Origin: Candidatus Cloacimonadota bacterium
Lineage (GTDB): Bacteria; Cloacimonadota; Cloacimonadia; Cloacimonadales; TCS61
Length of the DNA: 64,000 bases
NCBI GenBank assembly: GCA_021734245.1
Contig: JAIPJH010000004.1
Coordinates: 9,645 to 73,644, forward strand
Direction: 5' to 3'
Position numbers and translations under genes: made by a program. The notes under the pieces were generated by a model. It was not told the origin of the DNA. It did no database searches and was given only the letters and a program-made list of their open reading frames with translations. Of the stretch, positions 34,969 through 43,722 are shown one piece after another (the first letter of the stretch is position 1; the number at the start of each line of letters is the position of its first letter).

Positions 34969-37378
34969 AAAAAAACAAATTCTAAATGCTATAATCAACA
35001 AGAATTGCAATGAGTTAGTATTTCAAGAAAGTTATGAAGACATTTTAGTAGAAATAACTGATGATTTACTTAAAAATAATGATTTTGTTCCTTGCAGTGT
35101 ATTAAACAGAAGTTTATTTTTATATACATCAGGTTCTGATTTTATACCTTTGGACGAAGAACAAGCCAAAAGAAACAGAATCATTAAACCAATCAAAACA
35201 AAGGTTGAAGCAAGGATTTCAGAAAAATTAATATCCCTTATCAAAACAAATGAAGTTGATTTATTCAATGATTTTTTTCGGGTATTATACAAAAATGAGG
35301 AAGACTATAAAGATTTATTATTCACCTATGACGATAATATTTTTATAGAACTAATTTCTTACATCATTTCAAATGATGATCTTGAATTATTGTTTGATAT
35401 TTTTAAATATTTAAACGACAATTTTAATGTTGATTATAATGAACCAATTGAAAAGATATTCATATACTTCATGGAAAACCGTGATAATAGATTCTATCCT
35501 CAGTTTAAAAAAGAATTAGTGATTTGGTTCAATGAATTTGTTTTTGACGGAACCCCATTAGACATATTCTATGAGCGAAATTTCTTGGATCTTATTGTTA
35601 AATATGATGTTGAGTTAACTGCTGATATTTTAGAGCAATCTCTTCATATTACTAATGATCAAACTGAGGATATGAATATAATTGATATGTTATTAGAATA
35701 TTCGAATTTTTTTGACACTTCAATTGAAAATACCAAAAGAAAAAATATATATGAAGCTCTTAATAAATTTGCTTCCAAATATCCGAGTAGCGAATCAATG
35801 TCTTTATTATTATTTTTTTCAATTATTCAAAATGTAAATGAACCAATTAAAATCTTTAAAAAAATAAAAACTAAAAATCTTAAAAATGAAGTAATCAATT
35901 TAATTTGTAAGAAATATCTGAATCCCAGATTAATTAGATTAGATTTAAAGAATAGAAAAAAAATTGTGGATTTTCTATTAGATCAAAATTTAGATTTCGA
36001 TTTTGAACTAAAAATACTAGAAGCATTTATATCTAACCAAACCACGTTAACTTTACAAAAGGATATATTCAATTTATCAGATTATATTAGAAAATTATAT
36101 CATGCTATGATAGAAGGAATAAACAGAAACAGTGTTGAAAAATCTATAAAAAATGACCTAAAATCGCTTTTGCTTATTATAATTAGATTGTACGATAATA
36201 ATTTTGATATTGAAAATCATAAATTATTTACAAAAATATGTAATTATTTATTTAATTTTACCCCACAAAGATACTATTCTATGTATAATTATTTTGATTC
36301 TATCGATTTATCATATAGTGAATTTGCAAAAACGGGTATAACATCTGGTCCTAGTTTTCATGATCTCAAGTATGAAAAATATGATACATCAATAAAAAAA
36401 GATTATTTTACTTTTAAAATATTTCATAAAATATTCTTCAAATTGAATAAAATATCAGATAACAATAACGAACTTAAAAAATATGTTGATTTGATACATA
36501 AATTGTATAGTTCATTATTTGTCTATACTAGAAATGTGATTTTTATTAATTCAGCTGTCGAAAAAAAAGATGAAATTACTAAAGCACGGGTTGAAGAACG
36601 CAATCGTATTTTGGCAAATCTATCTCATACGGTCAAAAACATGATCGGTACGATTATAGATCCTTTGGAAAATATGAAAAGCCAAAATAAACTTCAACCA
36701 GTTGCAATAGATAATGCAATAAGAGGAGCCAATCTGGTTCGCGGTTTAGTAAATGCAATGAACCTTAGTTTCAAAGGTTCAATAGAAGACTTCCAATACG
36801 ACATAAAAAATGCAGAATACAATAATTCTACTTCTCTAAAACAAATGTTTATAGAGTCCCTTAAATATTCCATTAGCTCGATGTTCGACGGTAAATATTT
36901 TGAAAAATTTATGAGAAATTATTTTCCCAACAAAGCTGAATTTCTGGTAGCAAAAACCAAATGGAACGATGTTTCTCAAACAACAGAAATTCAAAAAATA
37001 ATGGATTTTATGAACACATATATGCTGAAAGCAGAAATTGATCTGGATTCGGCACAGGATTTTGTAATAGGTAATGATAAGGGATCTTCTCTTAAATTCC
37101 TAATTATGATCCAGGAAATGGTTTTCAATGCTGTTAAATATTCTTCCTTCGTTCCCCAGGATGAACGTTTTATCAAAATTGAGTTTTCGGCTGATAATGA
37201 ATATGTTTCCATTCAAGTAAGCAATAAATTCCAACCTAAAACTAAAGTGAAATCTAGTGGTCTTGGACATGAGATAATTAACAATTTTTCTAAATTGCTG
37301 CAAACAAAACCTGATATTAGAACTGAAAATGAAATATATTCGGTAGAAGTGAAGTTCCAAAATTTGTGGGAGGTATAA
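34961..37378 (+). CDS. Atypical histidine-kinase-like protein: ~560-aa uncharacterised helical N-terminal region plus DHp-like and HATPase_c-like C-terminus
   Basis: ATG 34961 with a GAGAGG RBS. H-box-like RILANLSHTVKNMIG, N-box-like QEMVFNAVKYSS, G-box-like SSGLGHEIINNF. No TM segment or signal peptide. Codon usage is very AT-rich. Confidence 0.7.
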   Translation: MDRKKQILNAIINKNCNELVFQESYEDILVEITDDLLKNNDFVPCSVLNRSLFLYTSGSDFIPLDEEQAKRNRIIKPIKTKVEARISEKLISLIKTNEVDLFNDFFRVLYKNEEDYKDLLFTYDDNIFIELISYIISNDDLELLFDIFKYLNDNFNVDYNEPIEKIFIYFMENRDNRFYPQFKKELVIWFNEFVFDGTPLDIFYERNFLDLIVKYDVELTADILEQSLHITNDQTEDMNIIDMLLEYSNFFDTSIENTKRKNIYEALNKFASKYPSSESMSLLLFFSIIQNVNEPIKIFKKIKTKNLKNEVINLICKKYLNPRLIRLDLKNRKKIVDFLLDQNLDFDFELKILEAFISNQTTLTLQKDIFNLSDYIRKLYHAMIEGINRNSVEKSIKNDLKSLLLIIIRLYDNNFDIENHKLFTKICNYLFNFTPQRYYSMYNYFDSIDLSYSEFAKTGITSGPSFHDLKYEKYDTSIKKDYFTFKIFHKIFFKLNKISDNNNELKKYVDLIHKLYSSLFVYTRNVIFINSAVEKKDEITKARVEERNRILANLSHTVKNMIGTIIDPLENMKSQNKLQPVAIDNAIRGANLVRGLVNAMNLSFKGSIEDFQYDIKNAEYNNSTSLKQMFIESLKYSISSMFDGKYFEKFMRNYFPNKAEFLVAKTKWNDVSQTTEIQKIMDFMNTYMLKAEIDLDSAQDFVIGNDKGSSLKFLIMIQEMVFNAVKYSSFVPQDERFIKIEFSADNEYVSIQVSNKFQPKTKVKSSGLGHEIINNFSKLLQTKPDIRTENEIYSVEVKFQNLWEV

Positions 37379-37379
37379 G

Positions 37380-38426
37380 TTGAAAATACTTTATGTGGAA
37401 GATGAACTGACAAAGAATGTTCCCAAAATTATCAGGTTATTCGAGAAATATCTTGGACCTAAAAGAGTAAAGCAGTTAGAAAAACTAGAAAATGATGAGA
37501 GTGGTTACGGTGCTGAACCTCAGGAAATTAAGAGAATAGTTGAATCGTGTGGAGTTGTAGATATTGAATATTGCTTTACTGATAGTTTAAAGAAAATAGT
37601 AGAATTCCAAAATGAATATACAATTTTCATAATTGATAGAAACTTATCTGAAGTAGAGTATGAGTTGGAAGATATACAAAAAATCGGAACAAGCTACAAA
37701 AATGAGTTTTATGATAAATTCTTTGAACGTGAGGGAGATTATTTTCTTGAACTACTTATCTCAGCTAAATTTGATGTAATTAATAATTTTTACTTTCTTA
37801 CAGCTAATTCCCGCGATGATCTGCGAAATGCAGATAGATTAAAAGAGCATTTTGATTTTGGATTATTTAAAGCAAGTAACATCATTGATAAATCTGATAA
37901 TCTGGAAATGCATAAACTAAAGATGCGAATTGAAAATGATGAAAAACTTCAGGTTTTGAAAGATAATATTAGATATGTGCGTATATTGGAAAAAATCGAT
38001 TCTGACGTTTCGGAAAACTTCCTTGACCTTTTAACTCATAAAGATGATTCAAATCAAAATACCATAAGAAAAAATCTTACTACAATAAGAAATATCCTTT
38101 CCGATAATATTCTTCCGGAAATTGCCAGGTTGAAAAATGCTCCTGATTTTTGCTGGAATCCCAAGAATAAGAATCAGATTGTTATGAGAGGAGTTATAAG
38201 TTGGATATGTAATTTCGATAAAGATACGAGAATAAATAATTTTCAATTTAATTCTAATGCTATTATAAAGAATTTTCTATATGATATTCAGGAGATAGCA
38301 AGTGATTATGGTGATCATAAAAATTACAAAAAAAAAGAAAAAACACTTGCTACTAGTGATACCGTAAATTCACTAATATATGCTTTAAAAGATATTATCG
38401 TGTGGTATGATAAGATTCTGGAGTAA
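37380..38426 (+). CDS. Receiver (REC)-like domain protein with an uncharacterised C-terminal effector-like domain
   Basis: TTG start 1 nt after the upstream stop, with a GGGAGG RBS 6 nt upstream. KILYVEDE, TIFIIDRNL (candidate phospho-Asp) and YFLTAN. The C-terminal ~180 aa (TIRKNLTTIRNILSDN ... IQEIASDYGDH ... LIYALKDIIVWY) has no DNA-binding motif that I recognise. Confidence 0.65.
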   Translation: MKILYVEDELTKNVPKIIRLFEKYLGPKRVKQLEKLENDESGYGAEPQEIKRIVESCGVVDIEYCFTDSLKKIVEFQNEYTIFIIDRNLSEVEYELEDIQKIGTSYKNEFYDKFFEREGDYFLELLISAKFDVINNFYFLTANSRDDLRNADRLKEHFDFGLFKASNIIDKSDNLEMHKLKMRIENDEKLQVLKDNIRYVRILEKIDSDVSENFLDLLTHKDDSNQNTIRKNLTTIRNILSDNILPEIARLKNAPDFCWNPKNKNQIVMRGVISWICNFDKDTRINNFQFNSNAIIKNFLYDIQEIASDYGDHKNYKKKEKTLATSDTVNSLIYALKDIIVWYDKILE

Positions 38427-38513
38427 AAGAATTATTTCCTTTTAGAGTCGGAACGACTCTGTTCTTTTCAAGCGACTGCGTCGCTTTGCATCAAAGGATT
38501 GATGCAGTCCAAG
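38420..38513. repeat. Three-hairpin island repeat, copy C
   Basis: GGAGTAA (supplies the stop of the REC gene), then AGAGTCG-gaa-CGACTCT (38444-38460), AGCGAC-tgc-GTCGCT (38471-38485) and TGCATCAA-agga-TTGATGCA (38487-38506). Confidence 0.85.
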
Positions 38514-38545
38514 GGTGTTTTGGAGTACAGCGATCATTCGCTATT

Positions 38546-38656
38546 TTTTGGAGTAAAGGAATTATTTCCTTTTAGAGTCGGAACGACTCTGCTTTTTGGA
38601 AGCGACAATGTCGCTTTGCATCAAAAAATTGATGCAGTCCAAAATTCTCTCCAAAA
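38546..38656. repeat. Three-hairpin island repeat, copy D (most complete; TTTTGGAG...CTCCAAAA termini)
   Basis: Hairpins at 38574-38590, 38601-38615 and 38617-38636. Terminal 8-bp inverted repeat TTTTGGAG (38546-38553) / CTCCAAAA (38649-38656). It abuts the stop of the convergent permease gene. Confidence 0.85.
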
Positions 38657-41074
38657 TTATTCGTATTTCAATGTTTCTACCGGATTCAGGTTAGCTGCTT
38701 TTATGGTTTGCGTACTTATCGTGAAAAGTGCAATAAGTAATATGATAACGCCTGACAAGATAAAAATCCATACACTCATAACAGTTCGATAAGCAAAATT
38801 CTGCAGCCATTTATCCATGGCATACCAGGCAATTGGAATTGCGATAAGATTCGCAACTAAAACCCATTTCACGAAATCTGTCGTCAGCAGTTTTACAACA
38901 CCGGTAGTTGTGGAGCCCAGAACTTTTCTTATACCGATCTCACGATTTCTCTGTTCACTCAAAAAAGAAGCCAGCCCGAATATTCCCAGACAGGCAACGA
39001 AAATTATCAAGATCGAAAAGAAGAAAAACAGCTTTCCCATTTTTTCTTCAGCATTATATAATTGATTATACTCTTCATCCACAAAGCTGTAATCAAACTC
39101 TTCATTCGGAAAAAGCTTCTGATATTCGGTTTTCACTTTTCCAATTAGTTCAGGAAGATCAGTATTATCGGAATATTTAATAATTACATTCTGAAAATAT
39201 GTGTTTTCCATAAATAGTGCTACCGGACTGATCTCTTCTCTTAGAGAGCGATAATGAAAATCTTTCAGAACTCCGATAACTTCGGGTCTGGGAAGTTCTT
39301 CATTCACGTTCATTGTTTGAGATCCTCCACCGATCGGCAGATCAAATTCTGCTCCAATCGGATTTTGCAAACCAAACTCTTTTACAGCAGCTTCATTGAT
39401 GATCACAGCCATATTTTTATCGGAAGCAATATCAGGATCAAAATTTCTGCCTTCCACCAATTCCAGATCGAAGAGCGGAATATAATCATAATCGCAAGTT
39501 AGCGCATTTATCATCATTCCTTCCGGTGGTGTTTCATCATCTCCATCATCTGTTACAGCGTTCATCACCAAAGCTCCACCCGAGCCCGGAGGAGCAAAAC
39601 AGCTTGTTGCCATTTCCACTCCAGGAATTTTCAGTACTTCTTCTTTTAATATTTCTGTATTTTGTCCAGAATCTGGGGTGGGAATGATCAATTTATTTTC
39701 TTTGTCAAATCCCAGATCAACGTTCTTCACATAACTTATCTGTTTAAAAACCGTTATTGTAATAATTATCAAGGAGATCGCAATTGTAAATTGAGTGATC
39801 ACCATGATCTTACGAAATAAAGTTTTTGCTTTTCCGCTTCTGGCTTGGATTGCAGAGATCGGCTTGAAACGTGAAAGGAAAAATGCGGGATACAAACCAG
39901 CCAGAATTCCCACAATGACAGCCAAAACCAAAATGACCAAAATAGTTAAAGGATTTTTCAGATAATTCACGCTCAATTCCCGTCCGATAAAATTATTTAA
40001 CTCCGGGTACAGGAACGAAAAAATGATCAATCCCAAAACTACCGAAATCAGAGTTATTAAAATTGATTCACTCAAAAATTGACGGATCAATTGAGATTTA
40101 TTGGATCCGAAAACTTTTCGCATTCCCACTTCCTTGGAGCGATGGGCAGAACGAGCAGTAGAAAGATTCATGAAATTAAGGCAGGCAATCAGCATTATGA
40201 GAAACGCAATTGCCGAAAACAGGTACACCTGATCGATATCTCCACTGGGACTGAACTCATTATTGATATGAGAATAAAAATAAATTTCTTTGAAAGGCTG
40301 CACCATCAGAATTATCATAGAAGCCATTGCTGAATTTGTTTTTTTCAATACCAGGTCGGGAAGTTTAGCTTCAAATTCTTCCGGAATAAGATTTTCATCT
40401 GCCAGAATATATACATGATCTGTTCCGAACTGTCCCCATTGTTCACTATACATCCCCATTGCTTTCAAACTGGAATAAGAAGCCAGAACATCAAAATCCA
40501 TTTGAGTATTGGTTGCCGGTTTTTCCATAATTCCTGTAATAGTGAATATGTTGCCATTTTCGTCGGAAAGTGTTTTGCCCACAATAAATTCATTTCCAAA
40601 ATATTTTTCAGCTGTTTGTTGTGATATTACTATCGAAAATGGTTCGGTCAATACATCCTGCTTATCACCAGAAATAAGTTCAAAACTGAAAATATCGAAA
40701 AAAGAAGATTCTGTAAACACAACATCCATCTCACCCAATTCTCTGTTATCATATTCAAATTGGTAATCCGGCTGCATCTGCCGAATTCGTACTGCATCAA
40801 TTACTTCGGGAAATTCTTCTTCCAGAGCTGGAGCCAGGGGCGGCATTACAGAAGCAAAGGGGATTTTGTTGTCGCCGTGAGACAAATTTACAGCTATCCG
40901 GTAGATATTATCACCATTCTTGTGCATTTTTTCGAAGCTGATTTCATTATTCACAAATAATAAAATTAGTAAACAACTCGCCAATCCAATAGCAAAACCA
41001 ATGATGTTTATGGCTGAATAAGTTTTGTTTTTCCAAATATTGCGAAAGGCAATTTTAAAATAATTTTTAATCAT
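38657..41074 (-). CDS. MacB/FtsX-type ABC transporter permease (two FtsX modules)
   Basis: 805 aa. N-terminus IKNYFKIAFRNIWKNKTYSAINIIGFAIG. Two MacB_PCD/FtsX repeats (RSKEVGMRKVFGS, RNREIGIRKVLGS). Confidence 0.88.
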   Translation of the reverse strand: MIKNYFKIAFRNIWKNKTYSAINIIGFAIGLASCLLILLFVNNEISFEKMHKNGDNIYRIAVNLSHGDNKIPFASVMPPLAPALEEEFPEVIDAVRIRQMQPDYQFEYDNRELGEMDVVFTESSFFDIFSFELISGDKQDVLTEPFSIVISQQTAEKYFGNEFIVGKTLSDENGNIFTITGIMEKPATNTQMDFDVLASYSSLKAMGMYSEQWGQFGTDHVYILADENLIPEEFEAKLPDLVLKKTNSAMASMIILMVQPFKEIYFYSHINNEFSPSGDIDQVYLFSAIAFLIMLIACLNFMNLSTARSAHRSKEVGMRKVFGSNKSQLIRQFLSESILITLISVVLGLIIFSFLYPELNNFIGRELSVNYLKNPLTILVILVLAVIVGILAGLYPAFFLSRFKPISAIQARSGKAKTLFRKIMVITQFTIAISLIIITITVFKQISYVKNVDLGFDKENKLIIPTPDSGQNTEILKEEVLKIPGVEMATSCFAPPGSGGALVMNAVTDDGDDETPPEGMMINALTCDYDYIPLFDLELVEGRNFDPDIASDKNMAVIINEAAVKEFGLQNPIGAEFDLPIGGGSQTMNVNEELPRPEVIGVLKDFHYRSLREEISPVALFMENTYFQNVIIKYSDNTDLPELIGKVKTEYQKLFPNEEFDYSFVDEEYNQLYNAEEKMGKLFFFFSILIIFVACLGIFGLASFLSEQRNREIGIRKVLGSTTTGVVKLLTTDFVKWVLVANLIAIPIAWYAMDKWLQNFAYRTVMSVWIFILSGVIILLIALFTISTQTIKAANLNPVETLKYE

Positions 41075-41236
41075 AATTTTTCCTTTTTACGACATCAATA
41101 TTATTTACAATCAAAAACGGAATAATTGATAATTGTTACAATAATTTTATTTTTCTTGTGTAAAATACTTGCCTGAAATAATGATTTTATCTTATTTGTT
41201 TTATGAAAAATTAGTTCAAAATTCTGGGAGGAATTG

Positions 41237-42223
41237 ATGAAGATTTTTAAATTTATTTTGTTATTAAGTTTAGTACTTTTTATAGTTTCCTGCGGTCCCG
41301 ATTATAAGCCCAAAGAAGTAAGGAAGGAAAATGTGCCCACGCTCGATAAGCAACTTAACAATCTCACGTCACAGATCATTGCCAGTTTCAATCAGTCAAA
41401 TGTCAGTAAAATTGCTGTTATCGAATTCGCTGACTTGGAAGGGAATGTAACACAACTTGGCAGATTCATTGCCGAAGAATTGATAACTCGGATTTTTACA
41501 ACCGGCAGATTTGATGTAGTAGAAAGAAACCTTCTGCAAAAAGTTCTGGAAGAACAGAAACTTGGAATGACAGGCTACATCGATCAGGAAACCGCAATAA
41601 GTTTAGGTCAGATTTTAGGTGTCGATGCAATCATCAGCGGATCTATCAGCGATCTGGGTAAGAACGTAAAAATTAATGCCAGATTAATTTCTACCGAATC
41701 CGGTTCTGTTTTTGCTGTTGCTTCTGTAAATGTTCAGAAAGATGATACCATCAAACTCTTATTAGGAGAAAGTATTCAACAAACTTTTGAAACTAACGAT
41801 AATAGTATATCTGAACCTCAACTTTCCGGCATAAAACCTCCAGTTGTAGAACATGGTATTCAATTTGTTTTGAAAGAATGCTTTTATACAAACGGAATTG
41901 TATCTGTAATCTTGGATGTTACAAACTTGGATATGGATAAGAACATATCTCTACTAGATAGAAAAGATCAATATTATATCAGGATCATCGATGATCAAGG
42001 CAGAGAATTTAAAAGCCGAGAACAATTTTTGGGAACTCACTCAAAAGGTTGGAATGGAATTCGCGATGTGATGCTGGTGCAAGATGTTGCAACGCAATAT
42101 ACAGTTAAATTTTCTGGTGTGAAAACTAAACCCGAAATGGTAAAAAGACTGGACCTGCTCTTGGAAATTCCTGATATTCAGAATTATTTCTCGATTACTT
42201 TCAGGGATATTCCAGTTCAATAA
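41237..42223 (+). CDS. Lipoprotein with CsgG/LpoB-like N-terminal domain
   Basis: Lipobox FIVSC. KIAVIEFADLEG...RFDVVERNLLQKVLEEQKLGMTG...GVDAIISGSI resembles CsgG/FlgO/LpoB-type periplasmic domains. GGGAGG RBS before ATG 41237. Confidence 0.65.
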   Translation: MKIFKFILLLSLVLFIVSCGPDYKPKEVRKENVPTLDKQLNNLTSQIIASFNQSNVSKIAVIEFADLEGNVTQLGRFIAEELITRIFTTGRFDVVERNLLQKVLEEQKLGMTGYIDQETAISLGQILGVDAIISGSISDLGKNVKINARLISTESGSVFAVASVNVQKDDTIKLLLGESIQQTFETNDNSISEPQLSGIKPPVVEHGIQFVLKECFYTNGIVSVILDVTNLDMDKNISLLDRKDQYYIRIIDDQGREFKSREQFLGTHSKGWNGIRDVMLVQDVATQYTVKFSGVKTKPEMVKRLDLLLEIPDIQNYFSITFRDIPVQ

Positions 42224-42244
42224 ATTCATTATTGATTTTTTTAT

Positions 42245-42277
42245 AAAGCTCCTGCTAACTTTCAGGAGCTTTTTTTA
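42245..42277 (+). terminator. Rho-independent terminator
   Basis: AAAGCTCCTG-ctaacttt-CAGGAGCTTT followed by TTTT, 22 nt after the stop. Confidence 0.85.
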
Positions 42278-42316
42278 GTATAGAAAGCATCATAAATATT
42301 GTTAACAGCTTTTAAT

Positions 42317-42345
42317 TTGACAGAAAAACTCACATTCAAAATTTG
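42317..42345 (+). promoter_or_regulatory. Promoter candidate TTGACA-N17-AATTTG for gcvPA-gcvPB
   Basis: TTGACA at 42317-42322, 17-nt spacer, AATTTG at 42340-42345. 34 nt upstream of ATG 42379. Confidence 0.45.
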
Positions 42346-42378
42346 TATTTAAAAAATAATAAATTAAGGAGTTAAAAG

Positions 42379-43722
42379 ATGCCTTTTATTTCCAATACAG
42401 ACAAGGAACGCAAGGAAATGCTGGCAACCATCGGAGTGGAAAAATTCGATGATCTGCTGGTGAATATTCCCCGCAAATTCCTGCAAGACAAAGAGTGCTG
42501 TCTGGAACCTGCCTACTCCGAAATGGAGATTACTTCGAAGATAGCAAAACTAGCAGCAAAAAATGTTTCTACCTTTCAGGCTAATTCATTTCTGGGTGGT
42601 GGAGTTTACGATCATTTCATTCCTGCTGCTGTCGATCATGTTATTTTAAAACCTGAATTTCATAGCGCTTACACACCTTATCAGGCTGAAGTAAGCCAGG
42701 GAACATTGCAATATATTTATGAATATCAAACCATGATATGCGATCTTACCGGAATGGAAATTTCCAACGCCGGTATGTACGACGGAGCTTCTGCAGCTGC
42801 GGAAGCGATACTTATGGCAGCTCGTAAAACAAGACTTTTCAAAGCTGTTATTGCTGGAACGATCCATCCCTGGTACAAAGAAGTTATTAAAACTTATACC
42901 GAAGGTATCGGTGTGGAATTAATTTTTATTTCAACTAAAAATGGACTTGTCGATCTTGAAGAATTAAAGAAAGCTGTTGATGATAAAACAGGTTGTGTAC
43001 TTCTGCAAACTCCGAATTTCTTCGGAAATATCGAAAATGCTTTTGCGGTGGAAGAGATAACTCATTCTGCTAAGAAAGCACTTTTCATCACAGCAGTAGA
43101 TCCAATTTCATTGGCTGTAATGAATGCTCCTGCAGAATACAGAGCAGACATCGTGGTTGGAGAAGGACAGGCTTTGGGAAATGCTCAGAATTATGGTGGT
43201 CCATTATTTGGATTTCTGGCAACTAATTTGAAACTGAGCCGTGTTATGCCAGGCAGAATTGTTGGTGCTACCCTGGATGCTGATGGCAAACGAAGTTATG
43301 CTCTTACTTTGCAAGCCCGTGAACAGCATATCCGTCGAGCAAAAGCAACTTCCAATATCTGTTCCAATCAAGCTCTGTGCAATCTGGCAGCTACAGCTTA
43401 CATGACTTTGATGGGAAAAGAAGGATTGAAAGAAGTGGCAATTCAAAGTACTACTAAAGCTCATTATTTAGCTGAAGCAATTGCTGAAATTGATGGTTTT
43501 GAAATGGCTTTTGATGCACCATTTTTCAAAGAATTTGCTGTAAAAACACCGCTTCCGGCTGCTGAAATTATTTCCAAATTAAAATCTAAAAATATTTTCC
43601 CAGGAATCGATCTTGAAACTTTCGGACATGAAAACTTACTGTTAATAGCAGTTACTGAAAAGAAGAGGAAATGCGATTTAGATGAACTTGTGAAATCTCT
43701 GCAGGAGGTGAATGATGGCTAA
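42379..43722 (+). CDS. gcvPA: Glycine dehydrogenase (decarboxylating) subunit 1
   Basis: 447 aa. FLGGGVYDHFIPAAV, SAYTPYQAEVSQGTLQ and SNICSNQAL motifs. AAGGAG RBS. Confidence 0.93.
   Translation: MPFISNTDKERKEMLATIGVEKFDDLLVNIPRKFLQDKECCLEPAYSEMEITSKIAKLAAKNVSTFQANSFLGGGVYDHFIPAAVDHVILKPEFHSAYTPYQAEVSQGTLQYIYEYQTMICDLTGMEISNAGMYDGASAAAEAILMAARKTRLFKAVIAGTIHPWYKEVIKTYTEGIGVELIFISTKNGLVDLEELKKAVDDKTGCVLLQTPNFFGNIENAFAVEEITHSAKKALFITAVDPISLAVMNAPAEYRADIVVGEGQALGNAQNYGGPLFGFLATNLKLSRVMPGRIVGATLDADGKRSYALTLQAREQHIRRAKATSNICSNQALCNLAATAYMTLMGKEGLKEVAIQSTTKAHYLAEAIAEIDGFEMAFDAPFFKEFAVKTPLPAAEIISKLKSKNIFPGIDLETFGHENLLLIAVTEKKRKCDLDELVKSLQEVNDG

Noticed and set aside
32452-38656. Integron cassettes with attC sites, or a CRISPR-like array formed by the island repeats
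   Set aside because: I saw no intI gene and no RYYYAAC/GTTRRRY core sites. The repeats fold into three separate short hairpins rather than one long imperfect attC stem. Their spacing (0.7-5 kb) is not CRISPR-like.
38499-38792. 97-aa plus-strand ORF, and the 5' extension of ORF 32448..33302
   Set aside because: Both are translations of the intergenic repeat copies. ORF 38499..38792 also overlaps the convergent permease gene. There is no RBS and the composition follows the repeat.
42224-42378. Glycine riboswitch upstream of gcvPA
   Set aside because: The 155-bp spacer is occupied by a terminator and a promoter-like motif. It is extremely AT-rich and lacks the conserved GGAGAG...CACCG cores of glycine aptamers.
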